In this document: piece after piece, positions 38,853 through 48,569 of the stretch | How positions within the stretch are numbered: position 1 is the first letter of the stretch | Layout of the letters: each line of letters opens with the position of its first letter | DNA from: an uncultured Nitrospiraceae bacterium | GTDB lineage: Bacteria > Nitrospirota > Nitrospiria > Nitrospirales > Nitrospiraceae | DNA: 64,000 nucleotides | Assembly: GCA_963846575.1 (NCBI GenBank) | Contig: CAWJWJ010000001.1 | Location: forward strand, 768,001 to 832,000 | Direction of reading: 5' to 3' | Program-made: the position numbers and the translations under genes | Notes under the pieces: generated by a model | The model's input: the letters and a program-made list of their open reading frames with translations, nothing else | What the model was told of the DNA's origin: nothing | The model's database searches: none

Positions 38853-41357
38853 ATGCTGACATTTTCCAACTTCACCCTCCCTGAGCTCACAGAAGTGCTC
38901 AGCACGCTCCGCAAAACCGGCGGTGGGGCGGGTAGCATGGAAGAGGCGGCGAACCGCATGGTCCGCTATTTCCACGAGAGCTTTATAGACGCGAGTACAG
39001 GGGAGCGATCCTGCGCCCTTGTTCGATTCTTTGTGACGCGGCCTTATGGCAATCTAGATGCTGAACTTCAATCACACGCACGAATGATGCTCGGCGAAAT
39101 AGCAGAGCTGCCTACGCATAAATGTCTTGTGCTGCTGGCGACTGCAGGGGATCAACCGGAGTGGAACGACCGACAATCTTCAAAACGTCACCAAATTTTT
39201 CCGCTTCCGAGCGAAGAAATTGTTTCAAGTCTTCCAATGATCTCCCAACTGATTACACAGCTTGGCATCGATGTGAGATGTGTGCTGCGTCCGACCCGTT
39301 CGACGCTGTTGATGGCAGAGCAGAATGCCTTCAATGTTTTTCATGTCCCCGTTGCACAGGGGAGTCCATATATCCCTGCCCAGCAAGCGTTTGTGATTCC
39401 CTACGGCATTCAATCGGTCCTTGGATTTGGCGGCCTCCTCTCGTCCGGCGAACTTTTCACGCTCATCCTTTTTAGCCGGACGGCGATTTCCCAGGAGACT
39501 GCCTTGTTATTTAAACCCTGCGCCCTCGCCGCAAAAGCGGCCCTCCTGCCGTTCGATCGGGATGATCGAGTATTTGCAGGCTCGACTCACCAAGCGGAGG
39601 CTTCGCCTGCTCCTGCAGCACCGACAGTCGATCAGTTGCAATCCGAAACCTTCGTGCTCGAACAGTTACTCGACATCTATGAGCGCACCGTTCACGAGCA
39701 GGCGTCGCGCCTGGATCGGGCCTTACTGGAAGCACAGGCTTCTACGCGTGCCAAGTCGGCTTTTCTGGCCGTCATGAGCCATGAAATCCGGACACCCATG
39801 AATGGCATTATGGGGATGACGGAGCTTCTCTTGGATACCACCCTCACTTCGGAGCAGCGCGACTATGCTCAACTGGTGCAACGGTCCAGTGAAGCTCTAC
39901 TGACGATTATCAACGACATTCTCGACTTTTCTAAATTCGAGGCGGATGGACTTACATTAGAAACCATCGATTTTGACCTCGGCACGACCATCGAAGACAC
40001 CTTAGACACCTTAGCGGAGCCGGCTCAGCGTAAAGGCTTGGAGTTGGGATGCTTGCTCCACGCGGAAGTGCCCACGGCACTTCGGGGCGATCCGGGTCGC
40101 TTGCGCCAAATCCTCATCAATCTGATTGGTAATGCCCTCAAATTTACCCATCAGGGTGAGGTGGTGGTGACCGTTACGCAACAGCAGGCAGAGGCCGAGC
40201 GAGTCCTGCTTGAGTTCGCCGTGAGCGATACGGGCATCGGGATGGCCCCCGAGACACAGGCACGCCTCTTTAAACCGTTTTCTCAAGGCGATACGTCCAC
40301 TACACGGAATTTCGGTGGCACGGGATTGGGTCTCGCCATTTGCAAGCAGTTGGTAGAGCGGATGGGAGGAAAAATCGCTTTGGAGAGTGCGCCCGGGCGC
40401 GGCAGCACGTTTCGGTTCACCCTGTGGCTGGCCAAGCAGCCCGCGCGCGATCATCTGGAGTCCCTGCCTCGCGAGTCACTCGATGGCTGCCGGATCTGCA
40501 TCGTGGACGATAACTCTACAAGCCGACGTATTCTCGAACAGTTTGGTGCGAAATGGAGGGCTCAGACCGCGAGTGCCTCGGATGGGCTGGCCGCCCTCGC
40601 TCTGATGAGGGCCGCGGCGGCCGGCGGAACTCCCTTCGATGTGGCCATTCTCGATCTGCAGATGCCTCATATGGACGGATTAGAAGTCGCTCGTGCGATC
40701 ACTTCCGATCCTGCGCTTCGTACGTGCCGCATGATCCTGCTAACGTCCATCGGGGTGCAGGGGCAGGCGGAGCAAGCCAAAGAGGCGGGAATTGCTGCGT
40801 ATCTGACGAAGCCCGTTCATCGCGCAAACCTGTACGACTGTCTCCGCAGGTTGTTAGGCAAGCCGGCTGACTGTTCGGAGAGTACAGTGCAAGGGCGGAC
40901 TTTGGAACCCTCCCAGGACGTCTTGCTCACACGCCACGTGCTCAGCGAAGTCGCGAGGGCAACGCGCTCCCGTATCCTGGTCGCAGAGGACAACATTGTG
41001 AACCAAAGGGTCGCCGTGGGACAGCTGGAGAAGCTCGGGTACCGTGTGGAGGTTGTGACGAACGGGCGAGAAGCGATCGAAGCCGTCTCTCGCGTTGAGT
41101 ACGCGCTGGTTTTTATGGATTGCCTCATGCCCGACATGGATGGCTTTGAAGCGACGGCATTGATTCGAGAGAACGAGCGCAAACGAGGCGGCTTGCGACG
41201 GCCGATCATTGCGATGACTGCGAACGCCATGCCTGAGGATCAGCATAGGTGTCTGGCGGCCGGCATGGACGACTATTTAAGTAAGCCCGTGAAGCAGCCA
41301 GATCTTATTCGAGTGCTCGATCGATGGATCCCTGACACGTCATCCTCCACGGGGTAG
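38853..41357 (+). CDS. Hybrid sensor histidine kinase (unnamed N-terminal domain-HisKA-HATPase-REC-REC)
   Basis: FLAVMSHEIRTPMNG, NLIGNALKFT, DTGIGM, FGGTGLGL; receivers ILDLQMPHMDG and FMDCLMPDMDG. Confidence 0.92.
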   Translation: MLTFSNFTLPELTEVLSTLRKTGGGAGSMEEAANRMVRYFHESFIDASTGERSCALVRFFVTRPYGNLDAELQSHARMMLGEIAELPTHKCLVLLATAGDQPEWNDRQSSKRHQIFPLPSEEIVSSLPMISQLITQLGIDVRCVLRPTRSTLLMAEQNAFNVFHVPVAQGSPYIPAQQAFVIPYGIQSVLGFGGLLSSGELFTLILFSRTAISQETALLFKPCALAAKAALLPFDRDDRVFAGSTHQAEASPAPAAPTVDQLQSETFVLEQLLDIYERTVHEQASRLDRALLEAQASTRAKSAFLAVMSHEIRTPMNGIMGMTELLLDTTLTSEQRDYAQLVQRSSEALLTIINDILDFSKFEADGLTLETIDFDLGTTIEDTLDTLAEPAQRKGLELGCLLHAEVPTALRGDPGRLRQILINLIGNALKFTHQGEVVVTVTQQQAEAERVLLEFAVSDTGIGMAPETQARLFKPFSQGDTSTTRNFGGTGLGLAICKQLVERMGGKIALESAPGRGSTFRFTLWLAKQPARDHLESLPRESLDGCRICIVDDNSTSRRILEQFGAKWRAQTASASDGLAALALMRAAAAGGTPFDVAILDLQMPHMDGLEVARAITSDPALRTCRMILLTSIGVQGQAEQAKEAGIAAYLTKPVHRANLYDCLRRLLGKPADCSESTVQGRTLEPSQDVLLTRHVLSEVARATRSRILVAEDNIVNQRVAVGQLEKLGYRVEVVTNGREAIEAVSRVEYALVFMDCLMPDMDGFEATALIRENERKRGGLRRPIIAMTANAMPEDQHRCLAAGMDDYLSKPVKQPDLIRVLDRWIPDTSSSTG

Positions 41358-42357
41358 CTGCAAAAACCAGTGGTCTGCGTGGCATGTACCTAGCGTCCTC
41401 ACAATCCTTGCACCACACCGAAGTCTAGCGCTCGAACAGTCCACACCAACTGGAAACTCCATTCACCAAGGGACGCTTTCGGCACTCCCGGCCTACCGGC
41501 GATGACGAGAAGCGACCCGGCCAATTCCCCACCCGTCCCGGCACCACCGAGGCCGATATGAGATTCTCCCGGATGAATTTGAACCGAGTGGCCATGGCAT
41601 CCTTCCCCAGTGAATTGCGTAAACCCGCTGTATACAAACTCACCCGGTGTTCTGAGCAAGCGAGGACCTTGGCTCATGTCCGGGAATAGCGGCGAGCGGG
41701 TTCGCACGATCGGTCGAGGCCGGTGGCCTCTTGCCGGGCCGCGGGTGTTTTTCTGTGGAGACAGTCACATGCCGGGACTGCCTGCCGAATTCAGACGAGC
41801 GAGGTTCTGTCGCTAGTCTCCTCCTGAGCCTGACAGCTGTTTTTTCTAAAAAATGAATGGGGAGAGAGATCTTTACCAAAGAGTGAGAGTAATGGAACGT
41901 GAGGACTTTGAAATGGCAGTGAAGTGGATAAAGTCCCGAACCGCACACGTGGCAGACAGGTCCTCACGACGGACCTCAGCCGTTCATAAAACCCGAGATA
42001 CGTTCCACATCTGATCGGGACGCTCTGCCAGTTGGAATGAAGGACGGGGACGTCAGTTACTCAAGTGGTGAGGCGTGCCAGAAAGTAGGCCAGTACTCGT
42101 TTTGCGTCATCACAGCCCAAGGGAAGTCTACCAGCATGGTCTGGGGCCAGGGCTTCCCGACGACCCTCGTTCCCTCTGTTAAGGCTGTTCATTGACGCTT
42201 GAGTCTATCGGGCTCTGAGGGCGAGACGCCGACGCGTCCGTATAATGGATGGTCGCAAACGGGGGGAAAGCTTTAGAGCGAGCCCGACTGTTCACTCCCT
42301 TGGCAATTGACTGTGGAAACGACATAATCAATTGCTCGGACAGATGGGCCTGAATTT

Positions 42358-42441
42358 TGGTGCCGAAGGCGGGACTTGAACCCGCACGGCTTGCGCCACA
42401 CGCCCCTCAAACGTGCGTGTCTGCCATTCCACCACTTCGGC
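42358..42441 (-). tRNA. tRNA-Leu(GAG)
   Basis: Acceptor stem GCCGAAG/CTTCGGC + ACCA; anticodon arm CACGT-TTGAGGG-GCGTG; long variable arm; GGTTCAAGTCC T-loop. Confidence 0.96.
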
Positions 42442-42543
42442 AACTGAGTGCACCTTCATCGACAGCTGAAGCATGATGCGTACAACTGAGGGGTAGCGGT
42501 AATACTCCATCCGCCGTGCGCGCATCTGCTTCAAGGGAAGCGC

Positions 42544-42573
42544 ATTATAGGAGTGGTCCAAAATGCTTGTCAA
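42544..42573 (-). promoter_or_regulatory. Strong sigma70 promoter TTGACA-N18-TATAAT for tRNA-Leu(GAG)
   Basis: Both hexamers are perfect consensus, followed by a GC-rich discriminator (GCGC). Confidence 0.8.
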
Positions 42574-42664
42574 TCAACTAGTTGTCCGGTAGAATCTAAC
42601 GCGGGCTGCGCGGGCACCTCGTAATTCTTCCCATAATCATAGCGAGCAATGGGTCTTTTTCGAG

Positions 42665-43360
42665 ATGACACCTCTCTCATCTCCACATATTTCCCACACG
42701 AGGCGACACACAGCGATCGCAGCTCTGTTTGACGTCGACAACACGCTGCTTCCCGGGCAGGCGAGCGAAGTGCGGTTTTTTCGCTTTCTCTGGAGACGGG
42801 GGCTTGTCGGGTGGCGTGAGGTCTGGGCTAGTGGAGAGTGGTTGCTGCGTCAAATGCCTCCCGTCTCATTACATCCTCTGCGAGAGAGGAAGGTGTATCT
42901 CACCGGAAAAGCCGTGGCCGACATCGAGTCGCTTGCCGTGGAATTCTGTCGTTCCCAAATTGTTCCCTGTCTCTCGGCGCAAGCGTTGTCTCGTATGGAC
43001 GAACATCGTCGGGCAGGCCATCACATCGTGTTGGTGACGGGGTCCCTCGAATTTCTTATGACGCCATTGGCCGCATTGCTCGACGTCTCAACGTTGCTGG
43101 CCGCAAAACTGGAGCAGCGGCAATACCGGTTCACCGGGCAGGTTTGCGCCCCTCTGCCGTATGGACACGGCAAACGGGAATTAATCACCCGCTTAATGGA
43201 AGAGTCGGGCATTGATCTGGAGCAGTCGTTTGCCTATGGCGACAGCCCCGGCGATGTGGAACTGCTTCGTATGGTGGGTCATCCGCTCGTCGTCAACCCT
43301 ATCCGCGGGATGGCTGCAATCGCGCGTCGTCATGGATGGCCAGTGACGACGTGGAGATGA
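42665..43360 (+). CDS. HAD-IB family hydrolase (SerB-like)
   Basis: FDVDNTL, LVTGS, K motif, AYGDSPGD, VVNP. Confidence 0.9.
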   Translation: MTPLSSPHISHTRRHTAIAALFDVDNTLLPGQASEVRFFRFLWRRGLVGWREVWASGEWLLRQMPPVSLHPLRERKVYLTGKAVADIESLAVEFCRSQIVPCLSAQALSRMDEHRRAGHHIVLVTGSLEFLMTPLAALLDVSTLLAAKLEQRQYRFTGQVCAPLPYGHGKRELITRLMEESGIDLEQSFAYGDSPGDVELLRMVGHPLVVNPIRGMAAIARRHGWPVTTWR

Positions 43361-43398
43361 GGCAGCCAGTCATCGTCGGCATCACTGACGCCATTACC

Positions 43399-44037
43399 AT
43401 GATCAGGGTCACCGAAATTTTCCACAGTATCCAGGGAGAGTCCACCTACGCCGGTCGGCCTTGCCTGTTCGTCCGATTGACGGGCTGCCCATTGCGCTGC
43501 ACCTGGTGCGATACCGCCTATGCGTTTCACGGCGGGCGGGATATGACGGTGGACGAGATTGTGGCGGAGGCCCGCACGTACGAGTGCCCGTTGGTGGAAG
43601 TCACCGGAGGTGAGCCTTTAAGCCAGCCAGGCTCGCCGGAACTGCTCAGTCGGCTTTGCGACGAAGGATTCGAGGTCCTTTTGGAAACCAGTGGGGCGAT
43701 CGATACAACCGCTGTCGATCGGCGGGTGCATGTCATTCTCGACGTCAAATGTCCGGGTAGCGGTATGACTGACAGGATGCACTGGCCAAACCTCGAACGA
43801 CTAACGTCGAAGGATGAGGCGAAATTCGTGATCAAAGATCGGGCCGACTACGAATGGGCGCGCGAGGTGGTCAGCCGCGAGGCACTTCCTATGCGCTGTC
43901 CGGTGCTCTTTAGTCCCGTGTTCGGAGAACTTGAACTGCGCCAACTGGCGGAGTGGGTACTGGCCGATAAGTTGCGGGTACGCTTCCAGGTACAACTGCA
44001 CAAGTACATTTGGTCGCCGGAAACGCGAGGGGTCTAA
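43399..44037 (+). CDS. queE: 7-carboxy-7-deazaguanine synthase (radical SAM)
   Basis: EIFHSIQGES, FVRLTGCPLRCTWCDT, VTGGEPL, LETSG, QVQLHK; alternative coupled start at 43357. Confidence 0.92.
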   Translation: MIRVTEIFHSIQGESTYAGRPCLFVRLTGCPLRCTWCDTAYAFHGGRDMTVDEIVAEARTYECPLVEVTGGEPLSQPGSPELLSRLCDEGFEVLLETSGAIDTTAVDRRVHVILDVKCPGSGMTDRMHWPNLERLTSKDEAKFVIKDRADYEWAREVVSREALPMRCPVLFSPVFGELELRQLAEWVLADKLRVRFQVQLHKYIWSPETRGV

Positions 44038-44145
44038 CCCCTGGTGCTTGGTTTCCAGAAACGACTCGCGTCTATAGGGCGTTGCGGTACATTTCCTGAT
44101 GAGGATTCGTAAGTGCGAGGCAAGAGGCAAAGAGTTGGAGGATCG

Positions 44146-45666
44146 ATGAAGATTATCCAGGTTGAAGGACAGGTTGGAAGGGCGGAGAACGAAGCGGCCG
44201 AGGTATTGGTGTTGCTCCGTTGCGAGGGCGTGTGGGGGCATTCTCAAGAGGCGGCCGCCATTGATGCCGAACTCGGGGGGCAATTGACCAAGTTGGTGAA
44301 CCGTGGAGAATTCGAGGGCAAGCTCGGGGAAGGACTGCTGGTCCATACCCAGGGAAAGGCCAAGGCCATACGGTTGCTGCTCGTGGGGTTGGGCAAAGAA
44401 TCGGATCTTAGGCTGGATGCGTTCCGCCAAGCGCTGGGGATGGCGGTGAAACGTGTCCGCCAGGCTAAGGTCACGTCGTTTGCGGTGGTGCTGCCGGAAA
44501 TGGTCCCGCATGAGAGGTCTGTGTTGGATGTGGCGCAGGCCTTGGTGGAAGGAGCCATTCTTGGCAACTACCAGTTTACGGCCTATCGGAGTGCCAACGG
44601 ATCCAAGCCTATCGACGTCGAACGCCTCACGCTGTATACATCTCAACGGGCGCAGCTTCCGCAGATCACAGAGGGTATTCGGCGAGGCGTGGCAACTGCT
44701 GAAGCCACGGTCCTCGTCCGCGACCTGTGCAACCATCCATCCAATGTCATGACACCGACACGCATTGTCCGTGAAGCGCAGGTGGTCGCGAAGGAATCAG
44801 GCGTTCGCCTGAAAGTCCTCGAACAAAAAGATATGGAGAAGCTCGGGATGGGCGCGTTGCTGGGGGTGGCCCGAGGCAGTCATGAACCGCCGAAGTTCAT
44901 TATTCTTGAGTATAAGGGTGCAAAGGCGAAGAAGGCAGAAAAGCCGGTCGTGCTGGTCGGAAAAACCATCACGTTCGACACCGGTGGCATTTCTCTTAAG
45001 CCGGCTGAAAACATGGAGCACATGAAAGCCGATATGACCGGCGGCGCCGAGGTTCTGGCGACCATGCGGGCTGCGGCGCGACTCAAGTTGCCCCTGCATC
45101 TCATCAGCATTCTTCCGGTCGCTGAGAACATGCCGGGTGGTCGCGCGATGAAGCCGGGGGATATCGTGACCACCCTCTCCGGAAAGACCGTCGAAGTCCA
45201 AAACACCGATGCCGAAGGCCGATTGATTCTTTCAGACGGCTTGGCTTATGCCACCCGCTTTAAACCGGCGGTATTGATCGATATCGCGACGCTGACGGGT
45301 GCCTGTGTGGTGGCACTCGGGCAATTCGCCATCGGCATGTTCGGTAACGACGAGCAGGCCAAGGAGCAGGTCCGGAAGGCCGGCTTGCGAGCGGGTGAAC
45401 GGGTCTGGGAGATGCCGTTGTGGGAGGAGTATTTCGAACAGCTGCGTAGTGACGTGGCCGACATGCGGAATATCGGCGGTCGCGGGGGTGGCATGATTAC
45501 CGCTGCTCTCTTCCTGAGCAAGTTTGTGGGTGATTGCCCATGGATTCATTTGGACATCGCGAGTACTGACTGGAGCGAGCGGGAACGGGCTTACCTGCCG
45601 AAGGGGCCGACCGGGATCGGAACGCGGCTCCTCATCCAGTTTCTCATCGACCGCACGTTGCCGTAA
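44146..45666 (+). CDS. pepA: Leucyl aminopeptidase (M17)
   Basis: LVGKTITFDTGGISLK, MKADMTG, NTDAEGRLILSD, IATLTGA, WIHLDIA; GGAGG RBS. Confidence 0.95.
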   Translation: MKIIQVEGQVGRAENEAAEVLVLLRCEGVWGHSQEAAAIDAELGGQLTKLVNRGEFEGKLGEGLLVHTQGKAKAIRLLLVGLGKESDLRLDAFRQALGMAVKRVRQAKVTSFAVVLPEMVPHERSVLDVAQALVEGAILGNYQFTAYRSANGSKPIDVERLTLYTSQRAQLPQITEGIRRGVATAEATVLVRDLCNHPSNVMTPTRIVREAQVVAKESGVRLKVLEQKDMEKLGMGALLGVARGSHEPPKFIILEYKGAKAKKAEKPVVLVGKTITFDTGGISLKPAENMEHMKADMTGGAEVLATMRAAARLKLPLHLISILPVAENMPGGRAMKPGDIVTTLSGKTVEVQNTDAEGRLILSDGLAYATRFKPAVLIDIATLTGACVVALGQFAIGMFGNDEQAKEQVRKAGLRAGERVWEMPLWEEYFEQLRSDVADMRNIGGRGGGMITAALFLSKFVGDCPWIHLDIASTDWSERERAYLPKGPTGIGTRLLIQFLIDRTLP

Positions 45667-45727
45667 CCGGCTCAAAAGCCGCGTTCGGGATGAGCGCCGG
45701 TCCATACGATCGTCACAGTGGGGTCAG

Positions 45728-46879
45728 ATGACATTACGGGAACAGATAGGCCAACTTTTCATGATGGGTTTCACTGGAACTACCGTCACGGGGGAGTTGG
45801 CCTCGTGTCTGAAGGTCTACCCGCCGGGCGGCGTCATCTTTTTTAGACGAAACCTGGAGTCGCTCCCGCAAATCGTCGATCTCACCAACGGACTGCAGAA
45901 GCTCTCGCCCCGTTCCCCCCTGCTTATAGCGATAGACCAAGAAGGGGGTCGGGTGTCTCGTCTCCCGGGCGAGTTCACAATCTTTCCTCCCTGTGAGCAG
46001 CTCGGGCAGTGCAATTCCTATGAATTGGCCTATTCAGCGGCGGCCACCATCGCGACAGAATTGCGGTCTGCAGGGATCAACATGAACATGGCTCCGGTCT
46101 TGGACGTCAACAGCAACCCGGACAATCCTGTGATCGGCGACCGGTCGTTCGGCGCTACGCCGGATCTCGTGGGTGAAATGGGTTTGGCGACCATTGCAGG
46201 GTTGCAGGACAACAAAGTTATCGCCTGTGGCAAACATTTTCCCGGACATGGGGATACGTCCACCGATTCCCATAAGGTCCTACCGGTCGTCGCTGCTGAT
46301 GTGCATCGGCTACAGAGTACTGAATTCCCTCCCTTCCAACAGGCGATTAAATATGGTGTGGCGAGCCTCATGACGGCTCATGTCCTTTATCGTGCCCTGG
46401 ATTCTGAGGCTCCGGCGACCTTGTCTCCCGTGGTCATTCAGCATCTGCTGCGGAGTGAGTTTCGGTATGATGGGGTGGTGTTCACGGACGATCTGGAAAT
46501 GCACGCCATCATCGATCACGACGGAATCGGTGAGGCATCGGTTCGGGCATTTGTGGCAGGCTGCGATGTCTTATTGATCTGCAAGGACCAGGAACGGGTC
46601 ATGACAGCAATGCAGGCAATGGAAAAGGCCGTGCAAGATGGTCGGATCACTCAAGAGCGGTTGGAGCAATCGCTGATGCGGGTCGCGCGGTTGAAGGCGC
46701 GCTTCCTTGGGCAGTACAAACCCGCTACGATTTCTGACGCGCGGCTGATCGTCGGCTGTCGTTCGCACAAGGCCCTGCTTGAGGCATGGCAGACGGCTTA
46801 CGAACGGGCACCGAAGCCCAAGTTCCTCGATATCAACGAGCCCGCATCCTCTCACGATTCGCCGGTGACCCATGTGTGA
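45728..46879 (+). CDS. nagZ: Beta-N-acetylhexosaminidase (GH3)
   Basis: IDQEGGRVSRL, APVLDV, IGDRSFG, KHFPGHGDTSTDSH, FTDDLEM. Confidence 0.93.
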   Translation: MTLREQIGQLFMMGFTGTTVTGELASCLKVYPPGGVIFFRRNLESLPQIVDLTNGLQKLSPRSPLLIAIDQEGGRVSRLPGEFTIFPPCEQLGQCNSYELAYSAAATIATELRSAGINMNMAPVLDVNSNPDNPVIGDRSFGATPDLVGEMGLATIAGLQDNKVIACGKHFPGHGDTSTDSHKVLPVVAADVHRLQSTEFPPFQQAIKYGVASLMTAHVLYRALDSEAPATLSPVVIQHLLRSEFRYDGVVFTDDLEMHAIIDHDGIGEASVRAFVAGCDVLLICKDQERVMTAMQAMEKAVQDGRITQERLEQSLMRVARLKARFLGQYKPATISDARLIVGCRSHKALLEAWQTAYERAPKPKFLDINEPASSHDSPVTHV

Positions 46880-47073
46880 GCAAGGGGCTTGTCCTGGTTC
46901 CGTCGCGCGGTGGGGGGATAATATCCGGAAAGTGCTTTTTCGAAGGATTGAGAGAGACGACCCGACGTCTGCGGGGTAGAATGAACGCCGAGACGACGGT
47001 CGCTGGATTTTTGCGCGTCAATCTGATTCACTGCTGTTCCATTCCAAACGGTACCCCATCCGATAGAGGCAGC

Positions 47074-47460
47074 ATGGCGATTAAAAAAGGCGACATTCTC
47101 GACGAACGAAAACGCTATCCGGATTCCTGTGGTCTGGTGGTCAAGTGTGCCGGCGGCGGTGCGGGATTTGAGAAGATCCGGTGTTGTGGACATGAATTGA
47201 CCGAGGAGGACGTGGTTCCCGATGTCATTACGTCGAGAGGGCGTAAAAAAGGGGCATTGATCCCTGGAGCCATGCTGGAGGAGAAGCGGCAGTTTGCCGA
47301 CTCCTGCGGTTTACGCGTCATGGTGATCGACGGGGGTGCCGGTCTGGAAGGTATTGACTGTTGTGGCCATACCATTACGGCCGAGGCGGTCAACGACTTG
47401 AAGTTCGGTCGACCGCCAGAGGAGCCGCCGATGACGACAGGTCCTGCAGGGATGGCATGA
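47074..47460 (+). CDS. Hypothetical protein with two desulforedoxin-like repeats
   Basis: Two copies of G-x-x-L-[DE]-E-x5-DSCGL-x-V-x4-GGAG-x3-I-x-CCGH; GAGG RBS. Confidence 0.75.
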   Translation: MAIKKGDILDERKRYPDSCGLVVKCAGGGAGFEKIRCCGHELTEEDVVPDVITSRGRKKGALIPGAMLEEKRQFADSCGLRVMVIDGGAGLEGIDCCGHTITAEAVNDLKFGRPPEEPPMTTGPAGMA

Positions 47461-47984
47461 TGCAATCGCCGATGTCTCTCGGTCCAAAGGATAAGTCGCG
47501 CCCCGCAACCACCATGCAGTCATTGCTGAGCTTCATGGACCGGCTCGACCGGCTGGGCTACGTCGCGGCAGGATTCAGCCTTCTCGTCCTGGGCATGATT
47601 ATTTTCTCTCATGCCTGGTACATTTTCCTTACCAGGCCTGTGCAGATGGGCGTGCTTCCGGCCGGTCTCAAATTATTGAATGATCTTTTGCTGGTGATCA
47701 TTCTTCTTGAATTGTTCCGAACGGTTGTGCGGTTTTTGCAAACCGAGGTGTTGGAACTCGAGCCTTATCTGGCGGTCGGTATCATTGCCTGCACCAGACG
47801 GGTGTTGACGGCGAGTGCGGAACTATCCCATCAGCTGGAATTGGTGGCCAGAGATACCAAGCAGGAACTCTTCCAGCAATACCTGATGGACGTCGGTTTG
47901 AATGTCACGGTTATCATCGTCCTCATTTTTGGCGTCTATATGTTGCGCAAGCGCCCCACCGCACAGCGGCCTGCCACGGTCTAA
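47457..47984 (+). CDS. PsiE-like (phosphate-starvation-inducible E family) membrane protein
   Basis: LNDLLLVIILLELFRTV and EPYLAVGIIACTRRVL; 4 TM; start overlaps the upstream stop. Confidence 0.82.
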   Translation: MMQSPMSLGPKDKSRPATTMQSLLSFMDRLDRLGYVAAGFSLLVLGMIIFSHAWYIFLTRPVQMGVLPAGLKLLNDLLLVIILLELFRTVVRFLQTEVLELEPYLAVGIIACTRRVLTASAELSHQLELVARDTKQELFQQYLMDVGLNVTVIIVLIFGVYMLRKRPTAQRPATV

Positions 47985-48076
47985 GCGCTTTAAGGACGGA
48001 ATCGAACTGGATCGATAGGTCGTTCTTGCCCTCTCGCGGGCTGTTATGGCATCATGCACATCTTTTTGGAGGCGGG

Positions 48077-48547
48077 GTGGCCACATTGCTTGAATATGTG
48101 GGGTCGGTGCATATCTACCTCGGGCCGTACCGAGGGAACCCGATTGCGCTATATTTGAGGCGTACGGAAACCGGCTGCCAAATCGGTCCTCGTGCCTATC
48201 CATGGAATGACGTCGTGGGTGCAGGCGAAACACCCAATAAAGCAGCGGCGGATTTTGAAGAAAAGTGGAAGGGTAAAGGGCTGGCTGCCGACATGTATTC
48301 AGGCCCCTCATGGGAAGGTGGTATCAAGCCTGAAAAGCCTGCCCCGCCGAAGCCTGCCGTGGCACCCAAACCCGCGGCTCCTCCGGTAACTCCTGCGCCC
48401 ACCTCACCGCCACCCGATCCTTCATCTGCGGCGGCGTCTCTGAAACCGACGATAACCAATGCTGTCAAGCCGGCTGCTCCTGTGGCACCTGCTCCACCCG
48501 AAGCTCCCAAGCCCGATCCGGTCGCTCCAACCGAGTCGTCCTCCTAG
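48077..48547 (+). CDS. Hypothetical protein: small globular domain + Pro/Ala-rich tail
   Basis: GGAGG RBS before GTG 48077; coding-like; low-complexity C-terminus. Confidence 0.7.
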   Translation: MATLLEYVGSVHIYLGPYRGNPIALYLRRTETGCQIGPRAYPWNDVVGAGETPNKAAADFEEKWKGKGLAADMYSGPSWEGGIKPEKPAPPKPAVAPKPAAPPVTPAPTSPPPDPSSAAASLKPTITNAVKPAAPVAPAPPEAPKPDPVAPTESSS

Positions 48548-48569
48548 AGTTGTTCACACTTTCGTGACG

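Noticed and set aside
37134..38862. Short ORFs in the gene-poor islet, including a PAS-like fragment FHPDGSRVAPEQYP near 37795-37840 on the minus strand
   Set aside because: Too short and interrupted to call without a homology search
41399..41948. Short ORFs between the hybrid kinase and tRNA-Leu
   Set aside because: No integrase or other recognisable motif
43801..44736. 311-aa antisense ORF, and similar ones opposite nuoL, nuoG and clpX
   Set aside because: Shadow frames of well-supported genes, expected in GC-rich DNA
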